DNA of 64,000 nucleotides from Squalus acanthias (Eukaryota). Under the pieces are notes generated by a model, which was not told the DNA's origin, did no database searches, and saw nothing but the letters and a program-made list of their open reading frames with translations. The stretch spans positions 68,946,001 to 69,010,000 of the forward strand of contig CM059432.1 in the NCBI GenBank assembly GCA_030390025.1, given 5' to 3'. The position numbers were made by a program, and so were the translations under genes. Below are positions 40,165 through 52,696 of this stretch, piece after piece. The stretch's first letter is position 1. Each line of letters opens with the position of its first letter.

Positions 40165-40390
40165 ATGTCCATTTGTAACATTTAATCTCTCCTAACTTTC
40201 ACCCTAGCACACACCGTCCCTTTTGTTCTTTCCTCCCCTCCCCCCTTTCCCTGCCTCTGCACCTGCTTAAAACCTGTTACATCTCTAACTTTTTCCAGTT
40301 CTGACAAAGGATCACAGACCAAAACTCTGTTTCTCTCTCCATGGATGCTGCCTGGCCTGCTGAGTGTTTCCAGCATTTTCTGTTGTTATT
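40165..40390 (+). mobile_element. Penelope-like 3'/pLTR fragment, hammerhead core decayed
   Basis: Shares TTTTCCAGTTCTG..CTCTGTTTCTCTCTCCA..GATGCTGCCTGGCCTGCTGAGT..CCAGC with 2725-2886. Confidence 0.6.
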
Positions 40391-40539
40391 TTGAATCCCT
40401 CCAATCAGGTTTCCGCCCCTGCCACAGTACCGAAACGGCCCTTATCAAAGTCACAAATGACATCCTATGTGACTGTGACCATGGTTCAGAGCGCGGACCT
40501 GAGCAGGAGGCGGCAGCAGCAGAGGCGGCAGCATAAATA

Positions 40540-42768
40540 GAGCAGCGGAGAAGGCCCAGGATACAGCGCGGACCTGAGTGGAGAAGGCCCAGGATACAGC
40601 GCGGACCTGAGCGGAGGTGGCCCAGGATACAGTGCGGACCTGAGCGGAGAAGGCCCAGGATACAGCGCGGACCTGAGTGGAGAAGGCCCAGGATACAGCG
40701 CGGACCTGAGCGGAGGTGGCCCAGGATACAGTGCGGACCTGAGCGGAGAAGGCCCAGGATACAGCGCGGACCTGAGCGGAGAAGGCCCAGGATACAGCGT
40801 GAACCTGAGCGGAGGAGGCCCAGGATACAGCGCGGACCTGAGCGGAGAAGGCCCAGGATACAGCGCGGACCTGAGCGGAGGCGGCTTAGTATACAGCACG
40901 GACCTGAGCGGAGAAGGCCCAGGATACAGCGCGGACCTGAGCAGAGAAGGCCCAGGACAGAGCACGGACCTGAGCGGAGAAGGCCCAGGATACAGCGCGG
41001 ACCTGAGCGGAGAAGGCCCAGGATACAGCGCGGACCTGAGTGGGGGCGGCCCAGGATACAGCACGGACCTGAGCGGAGAAGGCCCAGGATACAGCGTGGA
41101 CCTGAGCGGAGAAAGCCCAGGATACAGCGCGGACCGGAGCAGAGAAGGCCCAGGATACAGCGTAGACCTGAGCGGAGGCGGCCCAGGATACAGTGTGGAC
41201 CTGAACGGAGAAAGCCCAGGATACAGCGTGGACCTGAGCGGAGAAGGCCCAGGATACAGCGCGGACCTGAGCGGAGAAGGCCCAGGACACAGCGCGGACC
41301 TGAGCAGAGAAGGCCCAGGATACAGCGCGGACCTGAGCGGAGAAGGCTCAGGATACAGTGCGGACCTGAGCGGAGAAGGCCCAGGACAGAGCACGGACCT
41401 GAGCGGAGATGGCCCAGGATACAGCGCGGACCTGAGCGGAGGCGGCCCAGGATACAGCACGGACCTGAGCGGAGGCGGCCCAGGATACAGCGCAGAGCTG
41501 AGCGGAGAAGGCCCAGAATACAGCGCGGACCTGAGCGGAGGCGGCCCAGGATACAGCACGGACCTGAGCGGAGAAGGCCCAGGATACAGCATAGACCTGA
41601 GCGGAGAAGGCCCAGGATACAGAGCGGACCTGAGTGGAGAAGGCCCAGGATACAGCGCGGACCTGAGCGGAGAAGGCCCAGGATACAGCGTGGACCTGAG
41701 CAGAGAAGGCCCAGGATACAGCGCGGACCTGAGCGGAGGCGGCCCAGGATACAGCGCGGACCTGAGCGGAGAAGGCCCAGGACACAGCGCGGACCTGAGC
41801 GGAGAAGGCCCAGGATACAGCGCGGACCTGAGTGGGGGCGGCCCAGGATACAGCACGGACCTGAGCGGAGAAGGCCCAGGATACAGCGCGGACCGGAGCA
41901 GAGAAGGCCCAGGATACAGCGTAGACCTGAGCGGAGGCGGCCCAGGATACAGCGTGGACCTGAACGGAGAAAGCCCAGGATACAGCGTGGACCTGAGCGG
42001 AGAAGGCCCAGGATACAGCGCGGACCTGAGCGGAGAAGGCCCAGGATACAGCGCGGACCTGAGCGGAGAAGGCCCAGAATACAGCGCGGACCTGAGCGCT
42101 GGCGGCCCAGGATACAGCACGGACCTGAGCGGAGAAGGCCCAGGATACAGCATAGACCTGAGCGGAGAAGGCCCAGGATACAGAGCGGACCTGAGCGGAG
42201 AAGGCCCAGGATACAGCGCGGACCTGAGCGGAGAAGGCCCAGGATACAGCGTGGACCTGAGCAGAGAAGGCCCAGGATACAGCGCGGACCTGAGCGGAGG
42301 CGGCCCAGGATACAGCGCGGACCTGAGCGGAGAAGGCCCAGGACACAGCGCGGACCTGAGCGGAGGCGGCCCAGGATACAGTGCGGACCTGAGCGGAGGC
42401 GGCCCAGGACAGAGCACGGACCTGAGCGGAGAAGGCCCAGGACAGAGCACGGACCTGAGAGGAGAAGGCCCAGGATACAGCGCGGACCTGAGCGGAGAAG
42501 GCCCAGGATACAGCGCGGACCTGAGCGGAGAAGGCCCAGGATACAGCGCGGACCTGAGCGGAGAAGGCCCAGGATACAGCACGGACCTGAGCGGAGAAGG
42601 CCCAGGATACAGCGTGGACCTGAGCGGAGAAGGCCCAGGATACAACGTGGACCTGAGCGCAGGCGGCCCAGGATACAGCGCGGACCCGAGCGGAGAAGGC
42701 CCAGGATACAGCGCGGACCTGAGCGGAGAAGGCCCAGGATACAGTGCGGACCTGAGCGGAGGCGGCGG
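40540..42768 (+). repeat. 33-bp CpG-rich minisatellite, ~67 units
   Basis: Consensus GGACCTGAGCGGAGAAGGCCCAGGATACAGCGC. 11-aa periodicity in the ORF track. Confidence 0.97.
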
Positions 42769-44056
42769 AGATATATTCGGTGAAACAAAAAAACAAACAA
42801 AAAAAAACAAGGAGTGAAATACAGGACAGCAGGTAGGTGATTGATTGGTGAGTATTACCTTTGTCTTTTTCTCTCTAAGTTAAGGCAGTTAAGAAGTTTA
42901 GTTAGCAGTCTAATAAATAGAGGCATAGCAGGGCACTTCAATCCCGTTGAATGCACATCCTGTGCCGTGTGGGAAGTTCAGGATGCTTCTTGTGTCATGG
43001 ACAACCACATGTGCAGGAACTGTTATCAGCTGGAGGAGCTCAAGCTCAAGGCTGAGAGCTACCATAGATCGCACGCTTCAGGAGGTGGTCACCCCGCAGC
43101 TTAAGAGTTTGCAGGCAGATAGGAAATGGGTGACCGCCAGACAGACAAGGAGGACCAGGCAGGTAGTGCAGGCGTCCCCTGAGTGCGTCTCACTCTCTAA
43201 CCAGTATTAATACTGGTGAGGGTGATGGTTCCTCCAGGGAGTGCAGCCAGAGCCAAGAACACGGCACCATGGGTGACTCTGCTGTACAGGGTGGGGGGAG
43301 GAGGAAGGTCAATAATGCAATAGTGAAAGGGGATTCAATAATTAGGGGAACAGACAGACGTTTCTGCGGCCATAGTCATGACTCCAGGATGGTATGTTGC
43401 CTCGCTGGTGCCAGGGTCAAGGATGTCACTGAGCGGCTGCAGGACATTCTGAGGGGAGAGGGTGAACAGCCAGAAGTTGTGGTCCATATCGGTACCAACA
43501 ACATAGGTAGAAAGAGGGATGCGGTCCTGCAGGCAGAATGTAGAGAGCTAGGAAAAAGATTAGTAAGCAGGACCTCAATGGTAGTAATCTCTGGATTATT
43601 CCAGGTACCACGCACAAGTGAGTAAAGAAATAGGAGGATCGAGCAGATGAATGCATGGCTGGAGAGATGGTGCAGGAGGGAGGGCTTTAGATTCCTGAGG
43701 CATTGGGACCTGTTCTGGGGGAGGTGGGACCTGTACAAACCAGACGGATTGCGCCTCAACAGGGCCAGGACCAATATCCTCGAGGGGGGGGGTTGTTGCT
43801 AGTGCTGTTGGGGAGGGTTTAAACTAGCTTGGCAAGGGGATGGGAATCTGAGCGAAGATTTAGTAGGGGGAGAAGCAAAGCTGGAAATGGAAGGCAGTAA
43901 ATTAGTAAATGAGTTTGGAAGGCAGAGGAAGCAAAGGCTAGAAAATAGACAACAAAGGAGTTTGGCAGTGCTTAATGATATAAACTTCAATGCAAGGAGT
44001 CTAGTGAATAAGGCAGATGAGCTGAAGGCACAGATAGACACGTGGAAGTATGACAT

Positions 44057-44432
44057 CATAGAGTCATAGAGTCATAACGGCACAGAAGGAGGCCATTCAG
44101 CCCATTGAGTCCGTGCTAGCTCTCTGTAGAGCAATCCAGTCAGTCCCATTCCCCCGCTCTATCCCCGTAGCCCTGCAAGTTGATTTCCCTCAAGTGCCTA
44201 TCCAGTCTCCCCTTGAAAACATTGAGTGTCTCCGCTTCCACCACTTCCGTCGGCAGCAAATTCCAGGTCATCACCACTCGCTGCATAAAAAAGTTTCCCC
44301 TCACATCCCCCCTGTATCTCTTGCCCAAAACCTTAAATCTGTGTCCCCTAGTCCTTGTACCATCAACTAGTGGGAACAGCCTTTCCCCATCTAGCCTATC
44401 CAAACCCGTCATAATCTTGTACACCTCTATCA
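44057..44432 (-). mobile_element. CR1 3' fragment inserted antisense into the CR1 endonuclease
   Basis: IEVYKIMTGLDR..TRGHRFK..FFMQRVV..WN. (CATAGAGT)n tail at 44057. Confidence 0.88.
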
Positions 44433-44577
44433 ACTATCTAGCTATGACTGAAACATGGCTTAAAGAGGGGCAGAAATGGCAGCTCAACATTCCTGGTTAC
44501 AGGATTTTCAGATGAGATAGAGAGGGGGATACAATATTGGTTAAGGAAACAATTACAGCTGTGAAGAGGGATGATAT

Positions 44578-44887
44578 CACAGAATCACCACAGTGCAGAT
44601 AGAGGCCATTTCAGCCCATCGAGCCTGCACTGACACATTTCCCACCCTATCCCCGTAACCCCATGTATTTAATCCCCTCCCTAACACTAAGGGTCAATTT
44701 ATCATAGCCAAATCAACCTAACCCACACATCTTTGGACTGTGGGAGGAAACCGGAGCACCCGGAGGAAACCCACGCAGACACGGGGAGAATGTGCAAACT
44801 TCACACAGACAGTCACCCGAGGCCGGATTCAAACCCGTGTCCCTGGCGCTGTGAGGCAACAGTGCTAACCACTATGCCACCGTGTTG
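44578..44887 (-). mobile_element. HE1-type V-SINE, near full length
   Basis: tRNA head (minus strand) CACGGTGGCATAGTGGTTAGCACTGTTGCCTCACAGCGCCAGGGACACGGGTTTGAATCC, followed by the V-domain and a CR1-like tail. Confidence 0.85.
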
Positions 44888-45652
44888 CTCTATCAACTAT
44901 CTAGCTATGACTGAAACATGGCTTAAAGAGGGGCAGAAATGGCAGCTCAACATTCCTGGTTACAGGATTTTCAGACGAGATAGAGAACTTTTTTACATAA
45001 CAAGCCCAACAAGAGAAGGGACGGTTGTGGACTTAGTTTTAGGGAATGAAGCTGGGCAGGTGGAAGGGGTATCAGTGCGGGAGCATTTTGGTGGTAGTGA
45101 TCATAATTCAGTTAGATTTAGCATAGTTATGGAAAAGGACAAAGATAGCCCAGGTATAAAAGTTCTCGATTGGGGAAAGGCCAATTTTATCAAGCTGAGA
45201 TGTGATTTGGCCAACGTGGACTGGAAACAGCTACTTGAAGTGTCAGAGCAGTGGGAGGCATTCAAGGAAGAGATAGTAAGGTCCAGAGTGAATATGTTCC
45301 CACAAAGAAAAAGGGTGGGACACCCAAATCTAGAGCCCCCTGGATGTCAAGGAGAATATAGGGTAGGATAAGGAAAAAAAGGGGAGCTTTTGTCAGATAC
45401 CGAGAGCTCAATACTGCAGAAAGCCTAGAGAAGTATAGAAAGTGCAGGGGTAACATTAAAAAGGAAATTAGGAAAGTAAAGAGAGGGCATGGAAAAATAT
45501 TGGCAAGTAAAATCAAGGAAAACTCAAAGATGTTTTATAAATACATAAAGAGCAAGAGGATAGCTAAGGAAAGAGTAGGGCCTATTAGAGACCAAAAAGG
45601 TAACTTATGTGTGGAGGTGGAAGACATGGGTATGGTTCTTAATGAATACTTT

Positions 45653-46506
45653 GGCCGCGATTTTATTAATGGAGGCATGTTGAGTGCAGGACAGCTGGTT
45701 TCCGGCTTCCAGTCCCACCCCCAGCTGCATCCGTTCCACAGATGTGATTTTGCCCTGATTGACCTTGTTAAGCCCACCCTGCGGGCTTGCCGGCCAATTA
45801 GCAGGAAGCGGGTCTGATGACGTCATTTAATGACACATCATCTGCCGGTTTCCTTAAAGGGACCACGCACAATTTCATTTTGACAGTTGATTTCTCAGTG
45901 TTTGACAGCATTGAAGTGCTTAAAACACGACAATCACTGCACAAAGCTGACCTCTTGCACCCAGGCTCTCCAATGACTCCCTCCATAGGCTAGAATAGAT
46001 GGCAGCTGCAGGTGAGGTGACAGAAGTGATCTGTCACTGGTGAGAGAGGTTCTCCCAATGAGATGGCACTGGACATGGATTTAAAAACTTGTAAGCTAAA
46101 GAAATCTGTAAATGTATCAAAAATGCAGTAACCAACATTTTCTTTCCTCTGAAGCTCACCATGTGTAACAGTGGATCCTTCACACCACTTCTGCAGCTGT
46201 CATCTTTTCACAAACATTACACCAGACTCACAACACGCCACACTTACCTGGTGTGGTGTCCGGACGTTGGGAAACCCGGCCCAGAAGCGGGAAAATCCAA
46301 AAATAGGCTGACAACTACTGGCAAGTACCTGTTAATAGGCAGGTAATTGCCTTTAATTCGCTTCTCGCCGCTAGGTGTCGGGTCCATTGGCAAATCGGGG
46401 ACCCGACACTTGGGAAAGCTGTTTGACGGCGGGTTCGGGACCTGCCGTCAATCAATTGAACTTTAACTTCTGACCCGCCTCTCTGAGCGCCGACAAAATT
46501 GTGGCC
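45653..46506. mobile_element. Harbinger-type MITE in CR1 ORF2
   Basis: Termini GGCCGCGATTTT / AAAATTGTGGCC, TSD TTT. Removing it restores LNEYFVSVFTEE. Confidence 0.88.
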
Positions 46507-49411
46507 TTTGTGTCTGTCTTCACAGAAGAGAGGGACGATGCAGACATTGTAGTTAAGGAGGAGGAGTGTGAAATATTAGATGGGATAAATGTAGAGTGAA
46601 AGGACGTATTAAGAGGTTTAGCACCCTTGAAAGTAGTTAAATCGGCAGGCCCGGATGAAATGTATCCCAGGCAAGGGAGGAAATAGCGGAGGCTCTGACC
46701 GTCATTTTCCAATCCTCTCTGGCTACAGGTGTGGTGCCAGAGGACTGTAGGACTGCTAACTTTGTGCCATTGTTTAAAAAGGGAGAAAGGGATAGACCAA
46801 GTAATTACAGGTCAGTCAGCCTAACCTCGGTGGTGGGAAAATTATTGGAAAAAATTCTGAGGGACAGTATAAATTGTCATTTAGAAAGTCACGGATTAAT
46901 CAAGGACATTCAGCATGGATTTGTTAAGGGAGGGTCGTGTCTGACTAACTTGATTGAATTTTTTGAGGAGGTAACAAGGAGGGTCGATGAGGGTAGTGCA
47001 TTTGATGTAGTCTACATGGATTTTAGCAAGGCCTTTGAAAGGGTCCCACATGGCAGGTTGGTCAAAAAGGAAAGTAGTTGGATCCAAAATTTGCTCAGTG
47101 GCAGGAAGCAAAGGGTAATGGTCGACGGGTATTTTTGTGACTGGAAGGCTGTTTCCAGTGGGGTTCCGCAGGGCTCAGTACTAGGTCCCCTGCTTTTTGT
47201 GGTATATATCAATGAATTAGACTTCAATGTAGGGGGCATGATTAAGAAGTTTGCAGATGATACTAAAATTGGACGTGTGGTTGATAGTGAGGAAGAAAGC
47301 TGCAGACGGCAGGAAGATATCAATGGACTGGTCAGGTGGGCAGAAAAGTGGCAAATGGAATTCAATCCGGAGAAGTGTGAGGTAATGCATTTGGGGAGGG
47401 CTAACAAGGCAAGGGGATACACAATAAATGGTAGGACACTGAGAAATGCAGAGGAATAGAGAGATCTTGGAGTGCATGTCCACAGATCCCTGAAGGTAGC
47501 AGGACAGGTAGATAGGCAGGACAGGACAGGTTAAGAAGTCACATGGGATACTTTCCTTTATTAGCCGAGGCATAGAATATAAGAGCAGAGAGGTTATACT
47601 AGAACTGTATAAAACATTAGTTAGGCCACAGCTAGAGTACTGAGTACAGTTCGGGTCACCACATTAGAGGAAAGATGTGATTGCACTGGAGAGGATACAG
47701 AGGAGATTTACGAGAATATTGCCAGGACTGGAGAATTTTAGCTACGAGGAAGGATTGGATAGACTGGGGTTGTTTTCTTTGGAACAGAGGAGGCTGAGGG
47801 GAGACTTAATTGAGGTGTATAAAATTATGAGGGGCCGAGATAAAGTGGATAGGAAGGACCTATTTCCCTTAGCAGAGAGTTCAATAACCGGGGGCAAAGA
47901 TTTAAAGTAATTGGTAGAAGGATTAGAGGGGAGTTGAGGAGAACTTTTTTCACCCAGACGGTGGTGGGGGTCTGGAACTCACAACCTGGAAGGGTGGTAG
48001 AGGCAGAAACCCTCATCGCATTTAAAAAGTACTTGGCTATGCACTTGAAGTGCTGTAACCTGCAAGGCTACGGACCAAGAGCTGGAAAGTGGGATTAGGC
48101 TGGATAGCTCTTTTTCGACTGGCGTAGACACGATGGGCGGAATGGCCTCCTTCTGTGCCGTAAATTTCTATGATTCTATGGTAAACTATCACACCTCGTC
48201 CTTCTTGACCTGTCTGCAACCTTTGAATGGTTGACCACACCATCCTTCTCCAACGCCTCTGCTCCGTCGTCCAGCTGGGTGGGACTGCACTCGCTTGGTT
48301 CCATTCTTATCTATCCAGTCGTAGCCAGAGAATCACCTGCAATGGGTTCCCTTCCCGCTCCTGCATCATTACCGCTGGAGTCCCCCAGGGATGTATCCTC
48401 GGTCCCCTCCTATTTCTCATCTACATGCTGCCCCTCCATGACATCATCCAAAAACACAATGCCAGGTTCCACATTTACGCTGGCGACACCCAGCTCTACC
48501 TCACCACCACCTCCCTCGAACCCACCACTATCTCTAAATTATCACACTGCTTGTCCGACATCCAATACTGGGTGAGCAGAAATTTCCTTTGAATATTGGG
48601 ACTTTGGGAAGACCGAAGCCATTGTCTTTGGTCCCCGCCACAAACTCCATTTCCCTAGCCACTGACTGCATCCCTCTCCCTGGCAACTGTCTGAGGTTGA
48701 AAGATCCAAAACTCTGCTGCCCATATCCTAACTCACTCCACATTTGGTGGCCATGCCTTCAGCTGCCTAGGCCCTAAGCTCTGGAATTCCCTCCCTAAGC
48801 CTCGCCATCTCTCTACCTCTCTTTCTTCCTTTAAGACGCTCCTTAAAACCTACCGATCCTAACATCTCCTTACGTGGCTCAGTGTCAAATTTTGGTGATA
48901 ATGGTCCTGTGAAGTGCCTTGGGACATTTTACTACATTAAAGGTGCTATATAAATGCAAGTTGTTGTTGTTGTAATGCCTTTTTAGCTTGCAGAGTGTAG
49001 TGATGAATGTTCAGTTCCTGCTACAGAGGTTACCTATTTATTTACTTTTAAAAAATAGCTTGTAGATTTCTGGACAGTCCCAGATGGTATGTTAGAAAAG
49101 GGGCTCTCACCTCCTATATTTCCAACATAATTCAAAGGTGAAACATCCATAATCTGCTTTCTCAGTGATTACTTTGCTTCATTTTCTTTATACAGATTCC
49201 ACTAAGTCCTATCAGTATTAGCTCTCCATGTTTCTTCAGAAAAAAGGACAGAATTCCAACTGTATCATCTCTTTCTAGTTATATGTAGTTATATACTGAG
49301 AGCTCCACATTGTATATAAATATCTGCACAGTAATACCATATCGCCAGTAGAGATGAAAATGAATGAGATACTCATAGTGAAAGTCACTGAGCACCAACA
49401 ATTGACCCCTT

Positions 49412-50346
49412 GGGGGAAATTTTAACCCCAAAAAACGGGTTGGTTGGGGTCAGATAGAAGATTAAAGAGTTAAAAATCTGAATCCCGGCCCTAAGCTGCC
49501 TCCAACCCGCCCACTCCGGTTTTAACGCAGGAGGCGGGTTGGCACTTTAAATATTATAATGAGGCTGCATACCTCATGGTGATCCACCATTTTAAATGTA
49601 ACTGTGGACGGGCAGGTTTCCCTGGCTTCGGGGAACCCACCAGCTAAAGGAAGGTGAGGACTGCTGGATCCAGCAGGTAAGTGCCTTTCCACTTGTCTGC
49701 TGGATCCAGCGTTCCTGCCTCGCCAACCCTCCCAGGATTGGACATCCCTCTGACCCTTCTGCTCTCCCCCAGACCTCACCCCTCCCCCCCACCGAGGCCT
49801 CCAATCTCTGATCCCCCTCCGGCCTTCCAACCCCTTCCCTGGCCTCCTATCCCACCTCCGGCCTTCCGATTTTCGGCCCCCGAAACCCCCCTCCAGCCTC
49901 TGATTCCCCCTCCGGCCTCCAATCTGCGGCCCCTGACCCCTCCGAAGATTCTTCAACCCCCGACCCTGCCGAAGATCTTCCAGCCCCCAACCCCGCCGAA
50001 GATTCTCCAGCCTCCGAATCCGCTGAAGATCTGTAGCCCCTGACCCCCTCCGAAAAACCCCACCCTTAAGACCACCCCCCCCCCCCCCCCCCAACGCCGA
50101 TCCCTCTCTCCCTCCTTTCTGCGGCCTGGTGCCACAGGCCTACTCGCCCGACAGCCAGCCTCTCCATCTGGCTGGCTGCGATCAAGAAACAAGAGATTCA
50201 AAATGTTAATCAGGCCCTGCTGTTAAATTCGGCAGGGCCTGAGAGAAACCCGTTCTCACATGACTACATTGCAGCAACCCCCCCACTCCCCCCACCCACC
50301 CCCACCCCATACGCTCCTAACCAGCCTCCAAATTAAAATTCTGGCC
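49412..50346. mobile_element. Harbinger-type MITE with internal C-rich short tandem repeats
   Basis: Termini GGGGGAAATTTTAA / TTAAAATTCTGGCC, TSD CTT/TTT. Repeated CCTCCGGCC and CCGAAGAT units at 49790-50060. Confidence 0.65.
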
Positions 50347-52696
50347 TTTGTATTTAAAGGCTCTGGCTTTTAGTGCCACCCTGTATGGCAAATAACTTCA
50401 ATATTATCAGACAGCGAATGGAGATTGAAATATGTACACCATGCAGTTGTAGCATTTTAGAATATATAAACTATTGTTTGCATATAAACTATAGAGAATA
50501 CATTACACATGGAGGTTGAAGCTCTAAAGATTAATTTTAGAGTACAGGTTCATGCATTTGTGCAAAATCATGCAACAAATTCACTAACTCATTTACTTGA
50601 AATGTTAACAAGTTTGTTAAAATAGTGCACTTCAGAATTTTACACAAGTACAATACATAGGATATACAGCACAGAAACAGGCCATTTGGCCCAACCAGTC
50701 CATACCGGTGTTTATGTTCCACTCGAGCCGCTAAAAATAGCACTTGATGAATGTGTCGAAGTTTGATTGTTGCATTTCCCCTTTAAAAATAAATTCATAT
50801 GAAGAATTATTGCTGGCATGCCTTAACAACTGATAAGGATGGCGAGAAAGTTTTCTTTTAATTTTATTGTTTGGTAGATTATATTTGAATCTTAACTTAA
50901 AAAGTATTTATGTTGTACTGTAAAGGTTTTGTGTCCGTTTGTGAGTTACCAGCAAACTGCCATTTACATTGTCTGTAATGGCCTTGATTTGTCTTTATTA
51001 CGGAATTTGTAGTCTTAGTCCCCTGGGAGTACTAACTCCATGTGATGCCTTTGTGTTTTGTAATTATAAAACCCCAATCTGGCATTTATGAGCATATAAA
51101 TAATACTGTGCTGAAAGGTGTGTAAAAACTCTGGACTCTGGAGACTTGACAATAGATGTAGAGTTTATTCAAACATGTTCTGTGAGTCTCCTTTTCAGGG
51201 AGTGTTCATGGCTGAAGATATTATTTGTCTCCACTCTCAGCCCATTTTGATTAACAAAAGGCAGTTTTGGAAGTAAATGTGGAAATTTCAGTGATTCTCA
51301 GTAGTTAGAGCTGCCAACTATTAGTGATCTCTGTCGTCTGCTATGTGAATGATACCAAATTATAAGGCAGTGTAAACAATGAAAAATGCAGTGCAACCAG
51401 ATTTGGGAAGATTTCAATCTTTTAGTTAACTGGGCCAGTAGATACAATTTATGTAGGGGAGCAAGGAACTAAAAGACGAGAGTATATGTTGAATGGAACA
51501 GTCATACCATGTGCTGATCAAAAATTTCTGGGGGTTGTAGTGGTTCAATCTATGAGACTGTTAGCGCAGTGCTTAGCTACAATTAAGCAGGCAAATCATG
51601 TACTGGTTGTATTAGCAGAGGCACAGATTACAAATGAAAATAAGTTATATTGTATCATGGGCCCACAGACCCTGATTGTCTATCCATCAGTGATGATCGA
51701 GGAGTGAGGGATGTGACAGGCCATGATCTTACAGATTGTGGTTGTATACAATTCTGCTGCTGCTGATGGCTACCATGCATGTTTGCAGCATGATTTTGTG
51801 GTGGTGAAGCCAGGGACAAGAAAAAGATAGAAAAAAATAGAAAATTGCAAGGCTGGTAAAGACCATTTACATTTAGCCCAGATTTTACGATCAGCGGCGA
51901 ACAAACGACCCAGCCATTCATTACACTTACAATTGTCCACAGACTTTCTATGAGCTTTTGCATTAGAGGTTGCGGTTATTAGAAATTGAAAACAGCGTGC
52001 CGTCCTCTACAGGGGATCTGGAACCTGTGTGAACAGGGCAAGGAACACTGCATCTCCTAACCAATCAGATTGAAGAGTCCTTACTGAGACACGCAGATTC
52101 TGAATCAGGAAGTATCAGTCAGAATATTTAATTCAATGCCAAATTATGTACAGAAAGTGAAATAAAGGCCGGAATTTTCCCATTGCCAAGCGTGCAGGTT
52201 TGGGGGCAGGTCGGCAGTTAAGAGCACGGACATTGACATTGCGTTGGGAACCCGCCGACTTCCGTATTTAACTCGGGCGCGTTTTGAGCTGCGCCACGGA
52301 CCCGCTCGGGAGATGCGGGTGACCTCATTGAGAAAGTTAACTGCTCGTTGTGAGACCCTTAATTGCCTTTTTAACTTCAGGTTTTGGATTTAACTTCTTG
52401 AGCACAGGATTCCCGCACCTCAGGAACCTCGCCTGTGAAGGGGAGGCGGAAGCTCAGTGGCCATTGTACGAGTCCATTAATTGACAGCTGGAAAAAACAC
52501 ATAAATACTCGCACATTACACCAGCTTCCTTCCCTAATGGAAGGCTCTTGCTGCTTCCATTTTGTGCAGAGATTTGGCTGTCAGGAGTTTGCAGGTCATT
52601 TCTGCAACCTCGGAAGCCACTCTCACTACACTGCTTGTCACTATGAGAACATTGGCCCTCTGATCTTCACTTTACCTGCCATCTATTACATCAGCA

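Larger units (their letters stand above)
40486..48177 (+). mobile_element. Full-length CR1 LINE (5' UTR array, ORF1 Zn-finger plus SGNH esterase, ORF2 EN-RT, tail), decayed
   Basis: Candidate TSD ATGGT (40481-85, 48178-82). ORF1 CTSCAVWE..HMCRNC and GDSIIRG..HIGTNN. EN NARSLVNKADEL, AMTETW, GSDHN. RT 46731-47459 with FADD. ATTCTATG tail. Confidence 0.9.
40389..48972 (+). mobile_element. L2 fragment split by a full-length CR1 (L2 parts 40389-40485 and 48178-48972)
   Basis: FESLQSGFRPCHSTETALIKVTNDILCDCDHG joins KLSHLVLLDLS at 48183. (TTG)n tail at ~48961-48972. Confidence 0.88.

Noticed and set aside
40540..42768. CRISPR array
   Set aside because: Head-to-tail units with no unique spacers, no cas genes, and eukaryotic context.
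40386..42817. Long ORFs of 482-804 aa, e.g. (SADLSGEGPGY)n resembling a proteoglycan or elastomeric protein
   Set aside because: The 33-bp unit lacks stops in several frames on both strands. The + ORF starts at GTG, there are no flanking domains, and it lies inside a CR1 5' end.
44820..44887. tRNA gene
   Set aside because: It is the tRNA-derived head of an HE1 SINE, continuous with the V-domain.
49522..50201. Gly/Arg-rich and Pro-rich ORFs
   Set aside because: Translation of C-rich tandem repeats inside a MITE.
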